This document shows, piece by piece, positions 9,778-19,290 of a stretch of 58,419 bases of DNA. Source of the DNA: a virus. Lineage: Duplodnaviria > Caudoviricetes. Within the stretch, counting starts at the first letter, position 1. Each line of letters opens with the position of its first letter. The notes under the pieces are model-generated. The model had not been told where the DNA came from. It saw nothing but the letters and a program-made list of their open reading frames with translations, and ran no database searches. Both the position numbers and the translations under genes were made by a program. The stretch lies in IMG/VR virus record IMGVR_UViG_3300016471_000965, positions 1-58,419 of that record; one strand, given 5' to 3'.

Positions 9778-10752
9778 ATGTTAAAGTTTGACACGACAAA
9801 GAATCAATTGATCAAACTCCGAGAAACAAATCTTGTCGAGGAATCAATCCTTGAGAGATATGATTTTCAAGAAGCAATCGTCAAATCATGGCAACAGTTT
9901 TGTTCGGAATTAGGCATGGGAGAGTTGTACTTTGTTGACTCAGAAGTGATTCCACATTCTTCGTGTCGTGATTCAATCGACATCCTTGCCCTTGATTGGG
10001 AAGGAACACCGGTCGTCATAGAACTAAAACGAGCAAAACATAAGTTACAATTGTTACAGGCGTTATCATATGCAGCGATGTTATCGACATGGTCGTCAGA
10101 AGATTATTTGAAAAGATTGAAAGATAAACCTTGTTATGATGACGTTGCGTGTCTCATTGAGGGAATTGATGAAATGCAGTCGCCAAGGATCGTGTTGGTC
10201 GCAGAAGAGTATGATCCAGAGGTCATTCTCACAGCAGACTTCCTAGGCAATCATAATGTTGACATTACTGCAATCGCTGTTTCTCTTGTGAAACATAACG
10301 ATGAAATTCTTCTTTCTCTTGATAGAAAGTATCCCCTCAGCGGACTTGAAGATACCTACGTACCCAGGGCAAGAACAAAAAGAAGTGATCCTGAAAAGAC
10401 CATTGATTCAACCTGGGATGATGTTGTCAAATGGTCAAAGTGCACTTGGGTCATGCATGCAATTGAACAGTTTAGGAAACATGGTTTCGGAGGAGAAAAC
10501 CCTGGTAGGAGGGGATTCGGAGGAAAAAGAAACACTGCGTTAGGAAATATTTTTTCTGTCGGGTTTAGGTCAGATCACATGGTCGTTCATGTTCTGGAAC
10601 AATCGCAATCTTCTTCAGATAGAATTGAAAAGATCATGGAATTGCCACTTGAACCTTGGGGACGAGAAGGCGACAGAAGATCAGGTTGGGCATTCCGGGT
10701 AAGGAATGAAACAGACTATCACAAGTTTATTTCAGCGATACAATCCGTGTAA
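9778..10752 (+). CDS. PD-(D/E)XK endonuclease-domain protein (NucS-like N-terminus)
   Basis: IDILALD...VVIELKR...QALSYAA; class I promoter at 9740. Confidence 0.7.
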   Translation: MLKFDTTKNQLIKLRETNLVEESILERYDFQEAIVKSWQQFCSELGMGELYFVDSEVIPHSSCRDSIDILALDWEGTPVVIELKRAKHKLQLLQALSYAAMLSTWSSEDYLKRLKDKPCYDDVACLIEGIDEMQSPRIVLVAEEYDPEVILTADFLGNHNVDITAIAVSLVKHNDEILLSLDRKYPLSGLEDTYVPRARTKRSDPEKTIDSTWDDVVKWSKCTWVMHAIEQFRKHGFGGENPGRRGFGGKRNTALGNIFSVGFRSDHMVVHVLEQSQSSSDRIEKIMELPLEPWGREGDRRSGWAFRVRNETDYHKFISAIQSV

Positions 10753-10923
10753 TCAATTCCACAGATCAAATTCGTTTGAACAAGATGATGCCCCTCCCGA
10801 TGCACTTGGCGTTGGGAGGGAGATTTCTTTTCTAACCTTAATTCTCAAGGTTCCAAAGAACATGAGAAGAGTTGTGACTGCAATGATCGCGTGACAAATC
10901 AACATCATTAAATGATACACCAA

Positions 10924-11373
10924 TCACTTTTTCTTGGTTAACTTTTTCCACGTTTTTTGATCAGGTCTGTCTGGGTCGCCCGGCTTTGCGGGTGCCTCTC
11001 CTCTTTGCTTTTTTCTGCATATGTTACACCACATGCCAGGATTCTTTCCCTTACAACCTGAACAAGATCTCTTTTTCTTTTTCTTTCCTTCTGACATCGG
11101 TTGCTCTATATTCGTTGACATCAATCCATTCGCATCATAGTGAACGTGTGACATTGATTCGATGTAGCTGAAAAATGCAGTCAAATCATCGTATGCCCTA
11201 CCCAACTTGTACTGTGTCCAGGCCGGAAATTCATCATTTTCACCAATCATTTCCAACAAACTTTTCGACATGTCATGAATCCTATGAAGCTGCGATAAAA
11301 CCATCTCACCTTCGTGATCTTGTTCCCCATCATTCCAGTCGTAACCATCCTTAGGTTGATCCACTCCGTGCAT
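10924..11373 (-). CDS. hypothetical phage protein
   Basis: EGEMVLSQL...PAWTQYKL and C-terminal PGMW.NI..K..RG..KPG motifs recalled from large-phage proteins. Confidence 0.65.
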   Translation of the reverse strand: MHGVDQPKDGYDWNDGEQDHEGEMVLSQLHRIHDMSKSLLEMIGENDEFPAWTQYKLGRAYDDLTAFFSYIESMSHVHYDANGLMSTNIEQPMSEGKKKKKRSCSGCKGKNPGMWCNICRKKQRGEAPAKPGDPDRPDQKTWKKLTKKK

Positions 11374-11411
11374 ATAACTTTTCCTTTACTGGATATATAT
11401 TACAAAATCTT

Positions 11412-11612
11412 ATGAAGATAACCATGTCACAATTAAGAAGATTAATTAGAGAGGCTGTCTCGGCCCATCTACAGGATGAAGGAGATGTTCCAGGTCAACC
11501 CAGATACAAACATGGTGAACCGTTGGACCCTAAAGATCTTGACAGACTCGGTCCCGGCATCTGGGGTCATGAATTAAGTGAAGATGATCTTGAAGAGGAA
11601 GAAGAGTTGTGA
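11412..11612 (+). CDS. MKIxxxxLRRLIRE-family small protein
   Basis: MKITMSQLRRLIRE. Confidence 0.65.
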   Translation: MKITMSQLRRLIREAVSAHLQDEGDVPGQPRYKHGEPLDPKDLDRLGPGIWGHELSEDDLEEEEEL

Positions 11613-12121
11613 AGATTGTCATTTCTGCATTGAAAAGGATCTTGAAAGAATCCATCGATGGAAACAAGATCCTAAGCGAAAGACCATGGTCTGTTGAGTA
11701 TGCTTTCACGCTGTCCGGTGGCAACGCAGAAGATTCCGAAGGGAAAGGACCTGATGGTTTTGCTGTCACGATGACAGGAGATTCGGGTAAGACAGTCAAG
11801 GTCATAGTTGACTCATACTGGAATCCACAGGCGGGTGATTCATCAGGAAACTCTCTCAAGGTAGAAATTGACGGAAATGTTGTCTCTGATACGTACGTTC
11901 CAACAAGATTTGATGATGGTGAAGAACAAACTCTTATAATATCAAATTCACCGGTTCCTGGGTTGTTAACCGTTTCACACTCCGCAGATACAACGTCCCC
12001 TCCCATCGTTTACCTAGCGATTCCTAATCCATTCGATGAAGGTGATGATGTGTCATTTGATGCAGAAAAAATTGGAAATGGAAATGCAAAGATAAACTTA
12101 AAAGGACATTCAAATCTATGA
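11609..12121 (+). CDS. L-type (legume) lectin-like domain protein with shared N-terminal motif
   Basis: GPDGFAV...VIVDSYWN resembles lectin GxDGxAF...VEFDTxxN; starts MKIVISALKRILKE. Confidence 0.55.
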   Translation: MKIVISALKRILKESIDGNKILSERPWSVEYAFTLSGGNAEDSEGKGPDGFAVTMTGDSGKTVKVIVDSYWNPQAGDSSGNSLKVEIDGNVVSDTYVPTRFDDGEEQTLIISNSPVPGLLTVSHSADTTSPPIVYLAIPNPFDEGDDVSFDAEKIGNGNAKINLKGHSNL

Positions 12122-12522
12122 AAATCACTTTAGGAATCTTGAAAGAGATCATCTCAGAGGGCGTGTTATTAGCCAAGCTTGGAGTCCTCGACCAGTTTGA
12201 ATTGGACCTTGAAGAGATCCAAGAATCCGTGATCGCAGAGGCAAAGTACAAGGGCCGCGAGGTGAAGCTCGGCAAGCCCATGAAGGGTGACGTCAAGAAA
12301 TACAAGGTTTACGTCAAGGATCCCAAGACTGGCAACGTGAAGAAGGTCAACTTTGGTGATCCAAACATGCAAATTCGTCGTGACAATCCCAAGGCCAGAA
12401 AATCTTTCAGGGCTCGTCACGGTTGCGGAACAAAAAGGGCCTCTAATCGCACCAAGGCTGCATTTTGGAGTTGTAGGATGTGGAGCAAAAAACCAGTTTC
12501 CAAGATCCTTAGAGGTAAGTGA
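12118..12522 (+). CDS. conserved basic phage protein (KKYKVYVKD..NFGD..ARKSFRARH..FWSC)
   Basis: motif recalled from T4-like/large phage hypotheticals; starts MKITLGILKEIISE. Confidence 0.7.
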   Translation: MKITLGILKEIISEGVLLAKLGVLDQFELDLEEIQESVIAEAKYKGREVKLGKPMKGDVKKYKVYVKDPKTGNVKKVNFGDPNMQIRRDNPKARKSFRARHGCGTKRASNRTKAAFWSCRMWSKKPVSKILRGK

Positions 12523-12601
12523 TTTAGAGTCTTGTAAACTTTTCATGTAACGTTGTATTATCTGTTCACACCCTTATGGGTTGTAAAAAGGTAACACAAC
12601 T

Positions 12602-12841
12602 ATGAACAAGAATCTATTTGGAATCGTTTGTATGATTGCTCTTACAACTGGTTGCAAGGACAAGGAAGAGTCTTCTGAGGCCGCTAGCTCGACAGCGTCT
12701 TCAACTTCAACTGTCGTTGCTTCTTCCTCCGCGACAGGTGGCGGAGCATCGTCATCGGGAGTCGAATCTGGTGGTGTAGGTGGGCAGGGTGGATCGCCAG
12801 GTTCAGGTGGCGATGCTTCTGGTGGTTCTGGCGGTAAGTGA
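12602..12841 (+). CDS. Ser/Gly-rich lipoprotein
   Basis: signal peptide with LTTGC lipobox; class I-like TTGTAA-N18-TATTAT at 12532. Confidence 0.7.
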   Translation: MNKNLFGIVCMIALTTGCKDKEESSEAASSTASSTSTVVASSSATGGGASSSGVESGGVGGQGGSPGSGGDASGGSGGK

Positions 12842-12884
12842 ACTTAGAATAAACATTCTAAACGAGGCCTTAGGAAACTGAGGC

Positions 12885-13196
12885 CTAATTTTTTTTGTTT
12901 TCAAGAAATGGCACTGGATCTCCAAAATACTTGTCAGATAATGGATCACAGGCCAACAACACATCAATTGTGATCAATTCTCCTTGCGGACCCTTTACCG
13001 TGATGAGTTCGTGTCCACATCTCCATGGATTTTCATTTTTTTTATCTATTGGATCGTTGGATTCTGTGTTTGGATACGGTCCAAGGTTTTCTTCACCTGT
13101 TGTTGAAGAAACTGTAATGTTTTCCTCTGACACCTCAACTGCACATGATAGTAATGTTATCAATATCATCGTGCTGAAGACAAAGTTACCTTTCAT
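12885..13196 (-). CDS. putative lipoprotein
   Basis: MKGNFVF...LLSC lipobox. Confidence 0.6.
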   Translation of the reverse strand: MKGNFVFSTMILITLLSCAVEVSEENITVSSTTGEENLGPYPNTESNDPIDKKNENPWRCGHELITVKGPQGELITIDVLLACDPLSDKYFGDPVPFLENKKN

Positions 13197-13225
13197 ATGT
13201 TGAACCTTTAACGATAAGTATTGAA

Positions 13226-13438
13226 ATGAGAAATAAAGAAATAACAACATTAAGAAAGTTAATTAAGGAATTTGTTGAAGCATATTCGAAAGGAGGATCA
13301 CATCCTGAAGAAAGTTATGATAAAGAATTATTGGATGATGATTCATTTAATGCGCCCAGCGTTTATGTTCCTGATGATATAAAAAAAAGGATCAAGAAGT
13401 GGGCAAAGGATATGAAACTTTCGACTACTAACAAATAG
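13226..13438 (+). CDS. small protein with LRKLIKE N-terminal motif
   Basis: ATAAGTAT 4 nt upstream of ATG. Confidence 0.6.
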   Translation: MRNKEITTLRKLIKEFVEAYSKGGSHPEESYDKELLDDDSFNAPSVYVPDDIKKRIKKWAKDMKLSTTNK

Positions 13439-13507
13439 TTGAAATACTTGTGCATTTATTGTTACTATTTGTGTAGTAATATCAGACATGGAGCTTAGTT
13501 GTTTTAA

Positions 13508-13828
13508 ATGAGACCTACTTATGATCAAGCCCTGTTGGAAAGCAACGGTAAACTTGGCATGCGGACACGTAGCACGAAGGGACAAAATGTTACGATAGAT
13601 TCGTGTACAGAATTTACGCTACACGTTTCTCAGCAGTCCTTACCTCGTGAAGTAAGAAAAAAAATATTTGATTACACTCAACACAGACTCGAAAGATATA
13701 CCGAAAGCGTTGATGATCCTCAGCAAAAAATGGTTCTTTATGCACTTCTTCACGATTATGTTAAGGGTGACGTTGCAATAGCATGGAAACGAGGACAACC
13801 TGTGTATATTAAGATAACTAAAGCGTAA
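13508..13828 (+). CDS. hypothetical protein
   Basis: ORF 106 aa. Confidence 0.55.
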   Translation: MRPTYDQALLESNGKLGMRTRSTKGQNVTIDSCTEFTLHVSQQSLPREVRKKIFDYTQHRLERYTESVDDPQQKMVLYALLHDYVKGDVAIAWKRGQPVYIKITKA

Positions 13829-13879
13829 ATCTTTACATCGTGTACAAAGCAAAAAAGTGACTTATTATGGCAACATACT

Positions 13880-15493
13880 ATGTCAGATGATACACAGACT
13901 CTTGGTGTTGTTTTTTCAAAAGACGCTCGTAAAAAACTTTACAATGGTTTGAGGTTGGCCGCCGAAGCTGTCAGTTGTACTCTAGGACCCAATGGAAAGA
14001 CTGTTTTGATTCAAAATGGTGAAGCGGCACCAATCATCACCAAAGACGGTGTCACGGTAAGCAAGTCTATCAAGCTTCCCGATCCGCTGGAGATGATGGG
14101 TGCACAGTTATTAAGAGAAGCTGCATCTCAAACAAATGATGTTGCGGGAGACGGAACAACTACTTCAACTGTTTTAACACACGCGATGGTCAAGGAGGGA
14201 ATGAAACTTCTTGATGCTGGATACAACTCAAAAAAGTTGTGCACTGGGCTTGACATTGCTTCAACAACGATCAATCAATTTGTCTCAATGATGTCACATC
14301 CCGTTGAATCATCAGAAAAGATAAGACAGATCGGAACGATTAGTGCGAATGGTGATTCAAAGATAGGAGACATCATTGCGCAGGCAATGGAAAAGGTTGG
14401 ACGTGATGGAATTATTACCGTCGAGGATGCAAAAGGAACGTTGACCACGCTTGACGTTGTTGACGGAATGCAGTTTGATAGAGGCTATTTAAGTCCGTAC
14501 TTTGTGACAAATAATGAAAAGATGCATGCAACGTACAATGATGCCTACGTTCTTGTTACAGATAAAAAGATTACAACGTTAAAGGACATGATTCCAGTTC
14601 TTGAGAGCGTTGTGAACGCAAGAAAACCAATACTCATCATTGCTGATGATGTTGAAGGAGAGGCGCTTCAAGGACTTGTTCTTAACAGAGTAAAATCGCA
14701 ATTGCCTGTCGTGGCAATTAAAGCACCGGGATTTGGTCCATCAAGAACTGATTATCTCAAGGATATTTGCGTTTTGACGGGGGCAACACTTGTCTCAAGC
14801 ATTAATGGTGTTTCACTTGATAAAACATCATTAAAGGAACTTGGCTCTGCAAAGAAAATCCTTATTGACTCAAGGTCAACAACGATCGTTGGTATTGAAT
14901 CAACCAGAAAAGAAGTCGATGAACACGTTAATGATCTTAGGACCAGAACGGGTGATATCACCTTGGGTTCTGAAGAGTTAGCAAACCTAAAAATGAGAAT
15001 TGCAAAGCTTGCATCTGGCGTTGCTATCATCAAGGTCGGTGGTGCAACAGAAATGGAAATGATAGAGAGAAAGTATAGGATAGAAGATGCACTTCACGCG
15101 ACCAAAGCTGCGGCTGAGGACGGAATTGTACCAGGTGGAGGAACTGCATTGTTTTACGCAGCTGAAGAAGCAAAGTCAGTTCTTTTGGGGTCTTCTACGT
15201 ACGACAGGGATGTTCTTGCAGGAATTGAAATTGTGTTAAAATCATGCAGGGAACCACTCAGGAGAATTGCCGTAAACTCCGATAGATCTCCTGATGTGAT
15301 TGAAGATGAAATGATTCGAAACAAGGAAACAAAACCAGGTTATGATGCATCAACCAATAGATTCATTGACATGATTTCAGAAGGAATAATTGATCCCGCT
15401 AAGGTGACAAAAACGGCACTAAAAAACTCAATTTCAGTTGCAAAGTTGTTTATGACTCTTGACGCTGTTGTATTAAACGACTTGAAAGGATGA
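13880..15493 (+). CDS. groEL: chaperonin GroEL (Cpn60)
   Basis: TLGPNG, ITKDGVTV, AGDGTTT, GMQFDRGYLSPYF, GIVPGGG. Confidence 0.96.
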   Translation: MSDDTQTLGVVFSKDARKKLYNGLRLAAEAVSCTLGPNGKTVLIQNGEAAPIITKDGVTVSKSIKLPDPLEMMGAQLLREAASQTNDVAGDGTTTSTVLTHAMVKEGMKLLDAGYNSKKLCTGLDIASTTINQFVSMMSHPVESSEKIRQIGTISANGDSKIGDIIAQAMEKVGRDGIITVEDAKGTLTTLDVVDGMQFDRGYLSPYFVTNNEKMHATYNDAYVLVTDKKITTLKDMIPVLESVVNARKPILIIADDVEGEALQGLVLNRVKSQLPVVAIKAPGFGPSRTDYLKDICVLTGATLVSSINGVSLDKTSLKELGSAKKILIDSRSTTIVGIESTRKEVDEHVNDLRTRTGDITLGSEELANLKMRIAKLASGVAIIKVGGATEMEMIERKYRIEDALHATKAAAEDGIVPGGGTALFYAAEEAKSVLLGSSTYDRDVLAGIEIVLKSCREPLRRIAVNSDRSPDVIEDEMIRNKETKPGYDASTNRFIDMISEGIIDPAKVTKTALKNSISVAKLFMTLDAVVLNDLKG

Positions 15494-15502
15494 TCTTAAA
15501 AA

Positions 15503-15715
15503 TTGTTAAGAAAATTTAACGATGGTGATCTTGTACAACACACTTTTGATGAAAATCAAAAGTTCGGTATAATTGTCTGCTCAAAAATGTCAAACAGGTA
15601 CCCTAGCAAGAACGCAGAAAATGTTTTAAATAGTTATCCAATGCATCATTACGTTCTTTTTGATGATTTAATCGAGGGCCCTTTTCTTTCAAGTGAACTA
15701 TCAAAGGTTGGTTGA
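15503..15715 (+). CDS. small SH3/KOW-like protein
   Basis: FNDGDLV...FGIIV. Confidence 0.5.
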   Translation: MLRKFNDGDLVQHTFDENQKFGIIVCSKMSNRYPSKNAENVLNSYPMHHYVLFDDLIEGPFLSSELSKVG

Positions 15716-16115
15716 TGTGAATTCATCTGATTACGATATAATTGGTAATTGTGAAATAACCCTTCCTGATTATATGATGATGCTTCCGAAAGAAAGTGAC
15801 CGTGCTCTTGGTCCAATAATTGCTTGTGGAATTCAACCGGGTACTTTTAATCTTGTATCATTAACAAATGACGGACAATTTTACGAGTTAAACGTAAAAA
15901 CATTTTTTAAGACAGATAACGTGGGAACATCTGTTTACCCAATTCAATCTGGACGCATGTTGGAATTTGAAAGAATTGACATGCTTGTCACTGTAGATTC
16001 TGATGACATTTTAAATGCATCACAAAAAATACAATTGATTGACCTTGAAATAGGTATGAATCATGAAAATAAAGATATCGACCCTGAGAAGAATCATCAG
16101 GGAGGAAATGTATAG
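15693..16115 (+). CDS. hypothetical protein
   Basis: ORF 140 aa. Confidence 0.55.
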   Translation: MNYQRLVDVNSSDYDIIGNCEITLPDYMMMLPKESDRALGPIIACGIQPGTFNLVSLTNDGQFYELNVKTFFKTDNVGTSVYPIQSGRMLEFERIDMLVTVDSDDILNASQKIQLIDLEIGMNHENKDIDPEKNHQGGNV

Positions 16116-16302
16116 AAACCTAGAGTGGACTGCTGGAATTGCATCTGGTGGTGCAGGATTAAACAAACCAAGTCGAGGAATAAAGTACGGTGTTCCTCAA
16201 GGTTTAGGATTTGGTGACCTAGAAGAAACTGAAGGTCACGAAGAAAGAATGGAGAACAAAGAAGAAAGATATGAAGAAGAATCGTCGGATAGATACGAAT
16301 GA
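16063..16302 (+). CDS. MKIKISTLRRIIRE-family small protein
   Basis: ATAGGTAT-N5-ATG; shared N-terminal motif. Confidence 0.65.
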   Translation: MKIKISTLRRIIREEMYRNLEWTAGIASGGAGLNKPSRGIKYGVPQGLGFGDLEETEGHEERMENKEERYEEESSDRYE

Positions 16303-16513
16303 CAGGGATGATAGGATGGAACTGGTTGGACACGTTGTTGAATCACTTCCTGGCACTTTATTCGAGGTAAAAACAGTCTCAGGTCAGGTTGTTTTAGCAA
16401 CCCTATCAGGTAAAATGAGACAGAACCACATAATGGTTCTTCCTGGCGATGAAGTAATGATAGAGGTTTCCCCTTACGACACAACAAGGGGAAGAATCAC
16501 CAAGAGAAGATGA
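16271..16513 (+). CDS. infA: translation initiation factor IF-1
   Basis: ELVGHVVESLPG..F.V....G.VVLA.LSGKMR.NHI.VLPGD.V.IEVSPYD.TRGRI; alternative start 16316. Confidence 0.92.
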   Translation: MKKNRRIDTNDRDDRMELVGHVVESLPGTLFEVKTVSGQVVLATLSGKMRQNHIMVLPGDEVMIEVSPYDTTRGRITKRR

Positions 16514-16645
16514 TATGAATTTTTGGATTGAACAACACCCCTATATGTTTATGTTTTTAATGGTTTATTCTATTACTACGTTGAATCACATAGCTGTGAA
16601 GATCACTGAAAGAAAAAGTAAATGTTGTGATATAGTTAGTGATAA

Positions 16646-16966
16646 ATGAAATCCACATTAATAACACTAAGATACCTCATTAGATCACTAATCAATGAGG
16701 CATATGCAAGCAATGTTGATGGTCCGCACATCAGCAATGTATTATCACAACATCTTGCTGATCGTGATCCAATTCCTCACCTTGGAGTACGTAGCAAAAA
16801 GGATGATGATGAAATTGCTGCTCACTTGATGGAACCAGAAGTTAATATGGAAGATTGTTATGGACCAGTTCCACCGTTACAAGATGAACCTGGTGTTTTT
16901 TCTGATCCATTTACAAAGGATTACCACGTTATTCCAAATCCGGCCACTCCAGGACGTGGAAGGTAA
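16646..16966 (+). CDS. hypothetical protein with LRYLIRSLINE N-terminal motif
   Basis: ATAGTTAG-N6-ATG. Confidence 0.6.
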   Translation: MKSTLITLRYLIRSLINEAYASNVDGPHISNVLSQHLADRDPIPHLGVRSKKDDDEIAAHLMEPEVNMEDCYGPVPPLQDEPGVFSDPFTKDYHVIPNPATPGRGR

Positions 16967-16975
16967 TTTAGGTTT

Positions 16976-17371
16976 ATGTCATTAAGACATAGAGTTAAAC
17001 TTTTTGTTTCTAATTTAAGAGAAAAAAGAAAAGATCATCAAAGATCTCCTGAATGGAAACGTGTTAGAGAAAAATTCATAAAGGATAATCCAAAGTGTGC
17101 GGCATGTGGTGAAACAAACCACCTTCAAGTTCATCACATTATGCCGTTTCATTTACATCCCGAATTAGAACTTGATCCCAACAATTTAGTTGTATTGTGT
17201 ATGGACATCAATGAATGCCATTTGTTGATCGGGCATGGTGATTCTTGGAAATCATACAATCCAAATGTAAAAAAAGACGTTGTTCGTTTTAATTCGTCTG
17301 ACAAACCACATCGTCAATTTATTATTGAAGACATAAGGTCAAAAAGAATTTATGGGATCAATCATAGTTGA
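16976..17371 (+). CDS. HNH endonuclease
   Basis: CAACG...LQVHHI...LDPNNLVVLC...CHLLIGH. Confidence 0.85.
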   Translation: MSLRHRVKLFVSNLREKRKDHQRSPEWKRVREKFIKDNPKCAACGETNHLQVHHIMPFHLHPELELDPNNLVVLCMDINECHLLIGHGDSWKSYNPNVKKDVVRFNSSDKPHRQFIIEDIRSKRIYGINHS

Positions 17372-17388
17372 TTTAGTGTTTCATTGTT

Positions 17389-17799
17389 TTACAAATAATC
17401 CCATGCAATTTTAAACATTGAACTTTGTCTTGCCAACAACTGACACGTCATTGATGGTTGTGATGATAACAATCTTAAACCATAAAACGGTGTATTTTGT
17501 AATTCAATTTCTTGTAAATCTAAAACAACAAACGTGTTATTGTTAGGTAAAATGAATTGAATTTCATTCATTGTCATTGTAAAAAGCGGAGATCCGTAAT
17601 TTTCTAGCCTAAACATGTCTCCTGATTTGGCACAACCCAATATCAACATTACATCAAGTTCGTTAGGTCTATCAGAAAAAAATCCCCAACATTTCATCTC
17701 TTCAGACCACACTCGGGTTTTCAGACCCTGTACTCTGAATCTTTCAAAAGCTATTCTACGAATTAATTCGATTCCATGTGTTTCTGATAGATTTTTCAT
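17389..17799 (-). CDS. hypothetical protein
   Basis: ORF 136 aa. Confidence 0.55.
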   Translation of the reverse strand: MKNLSETHGIELIRRIAFERFRVQGLKTRVWSEEMKCWGFFSDRPNELDVMLILGCAKSGDMFRLENYGSPLFTMTMNEIQFILPNNNTFVVLDLQEIELQNTPFYGLRLLSSQPSMTCQLLARQSSMFKIAWDYL

Positions 17800-17844
17800 G
17801 AAATAAAGGGTCTTTATAAGACCCTTGCAAAACGCATACTTTTA

Positions 17845-19257
17845 TCAAGTGACCGCGAGCTTGTATAGTGATACGGTCCCTGTCATCGTACCGCCTGTGA
17901 CCTGTAGTTTAAGAGAAGTCATGTTCGTAGACATCTCCTGCCATCCTCCACCGACTATCTGGCTCAGGTTTGGAGAGCCGGCGTCAGGCCTGATCTCGCA
18001 AGAAAGACCTGAGTAACCGCGCCAGCTCTGTGTAGATGCGTGGAACCACACGAAGAAGCTCACAGTCGCAGCTGGATTTGACAACGTACCGCCAACCTCG
18101 CGACCCATGAGAAGTCCTCCGCTGTCTCCCGATGCACCGGATGACCCATTGTTTCCGACGAATCGATAGGAGTTTCTTTGGTTAGATGATATGTTACCGT
18201 TTGGCACCCACTGAAGCCTAGTGTTGATGGTGGTCATCGACACGGTTCCGGTTGCAAAGTAAAGATAATCATTGTTACCGTTAAGACCCGAGAACGTTAT
18301 GCTAGAGGTCGCTGACGCAGTCAGCGTTTGCACGAGCGTCAACGCGCCCAAAGAACCACCCACGGCCGCGCCTGAATAACCTTGCGGTCCTGTAGCGCCT
18401 GATGAACCGGCTGGACCGGCGGAGCTTGATGCTCCTTGCGTACCTGTTACACCCGCTAGACCTTGAGAGCCCTGCGCTCCGAACGAGCCTTGCGCTCCCT
18501 GCGATCCCTGATTGCCGGAGCTTCCTTGACGACCCTGGTTTCCCGCTGCACCTTGCGCGCCGTCGAGTCCTGCGTTTCCTGTTGGTCCATCCGGTCCAGC
18601 CGAACCTTGTGGACCGGTAGAACCCGCAACTCCTGCACTTCCCTGCGGGCCTTGAGCACCTTTATTACCAGCGGGGCCCGAGGAGCCATCAGAACCGGAT
18701 GCACCGGTCGATCCTTGGGCTCCTTCCGAACCCGGCGATCCCATCGCCCCTGAGGAACCATCTGGTCCTGGAGATCCTTGAGCTCCTTGCGAGCCGGCAC
18801 CAGGTTGGCCTGTCGGTCCAGCGTGTCCCTGAGGACCCTTTCCTCCTGACGCTCCAGCGTCTCCAGCAGCTCCAGCAATTCCATCGTGACCATCGTGACC
18901 ATCGTGACCGGCGTCTCCCTGCACACCCTTAGAGCCTTTTGACCCCTTTGGTCCTACGTCGCCTGCGCGACCAGGATGTCCTTGCGCTCCAGCAGAGCCT
19001 TGAAGGCCCTGATATCCTTGTGGACCTTGAGCACCTTGAGCGCCATCTCCAGGAGATCCACTCTGCTGTTGCACCGGAGCAAGAATTGGTGTGTTTGACC
19101 CGACAAGCTGCCATGATGTTCCACCGGTGTTCCTGTATACATGCCCGTTCGACGTTAACACGGCCAGAGATCCGGTTATCGCGGAGACACCGTTCGGGTT
19201 TGAGTCAACTCGTAGAAGCTCTATGCTACCAAAATTACGTCTAGATAAAACAGCCAT
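17845..19257 (-). CDS. collagen-like (Gly-X-Y) fibre protein, paralogue 3
   Basis: MAVLSRR..IELLRVDS N-terminus, long GXY run, C-terminal beta-rich head ending SLYKL. Confidence 0.85.
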   Translation of the reverse strand: MAVLSRRNFGSIELLRVDSNPNGVSAITGSLAVLTSNGHVYRNTGGTSWQLVGSNTPILAPVQQQSGSPGDGAQGAQGPQGYQGLQGSAGAQGHPGRAGDVGPKGSKGSKGVQGDAGHDGHDGHDGIAGAAGDAGASGGKGPQGHAGPTGQPGAGSQGAQGSPGPDGSSGAMGSPGSEGAQGSTGASGSDGSSGPAGNKGAQGPQGSAGVAGSTGPQGSAGPDGPTGNAGLDGAQGAAGNQGRQGSSGNQGSQGAQGSFGAQGSQGLAGVTGTQGASSSAGPAGSSGATGPQGYSGAAVGGSLGALTLVQTLTASATSSITFSGLNGNNDYLYFATGTVSMTTINTRLQWVPNGNISSNQRNSYRFVGNNGSSGASGDSGGLLMGREVGGTLSNPAATVSFFVWFHASTQSWRGYSGLSCEIRPDAGSPNLSQIVGGGWQEMSTNMTSLKLQVTGGTMTGTVSLYKLAVT

Positions 19258-19290
19258 GTCACATTCCCTTTCTTGTCATCGCGAAGCAAA

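Noticed and set aside
15503-15715. groES next to groEL
   Set aside because: No PLxDRV or GPG motifs; it resembles the small SH3-like family
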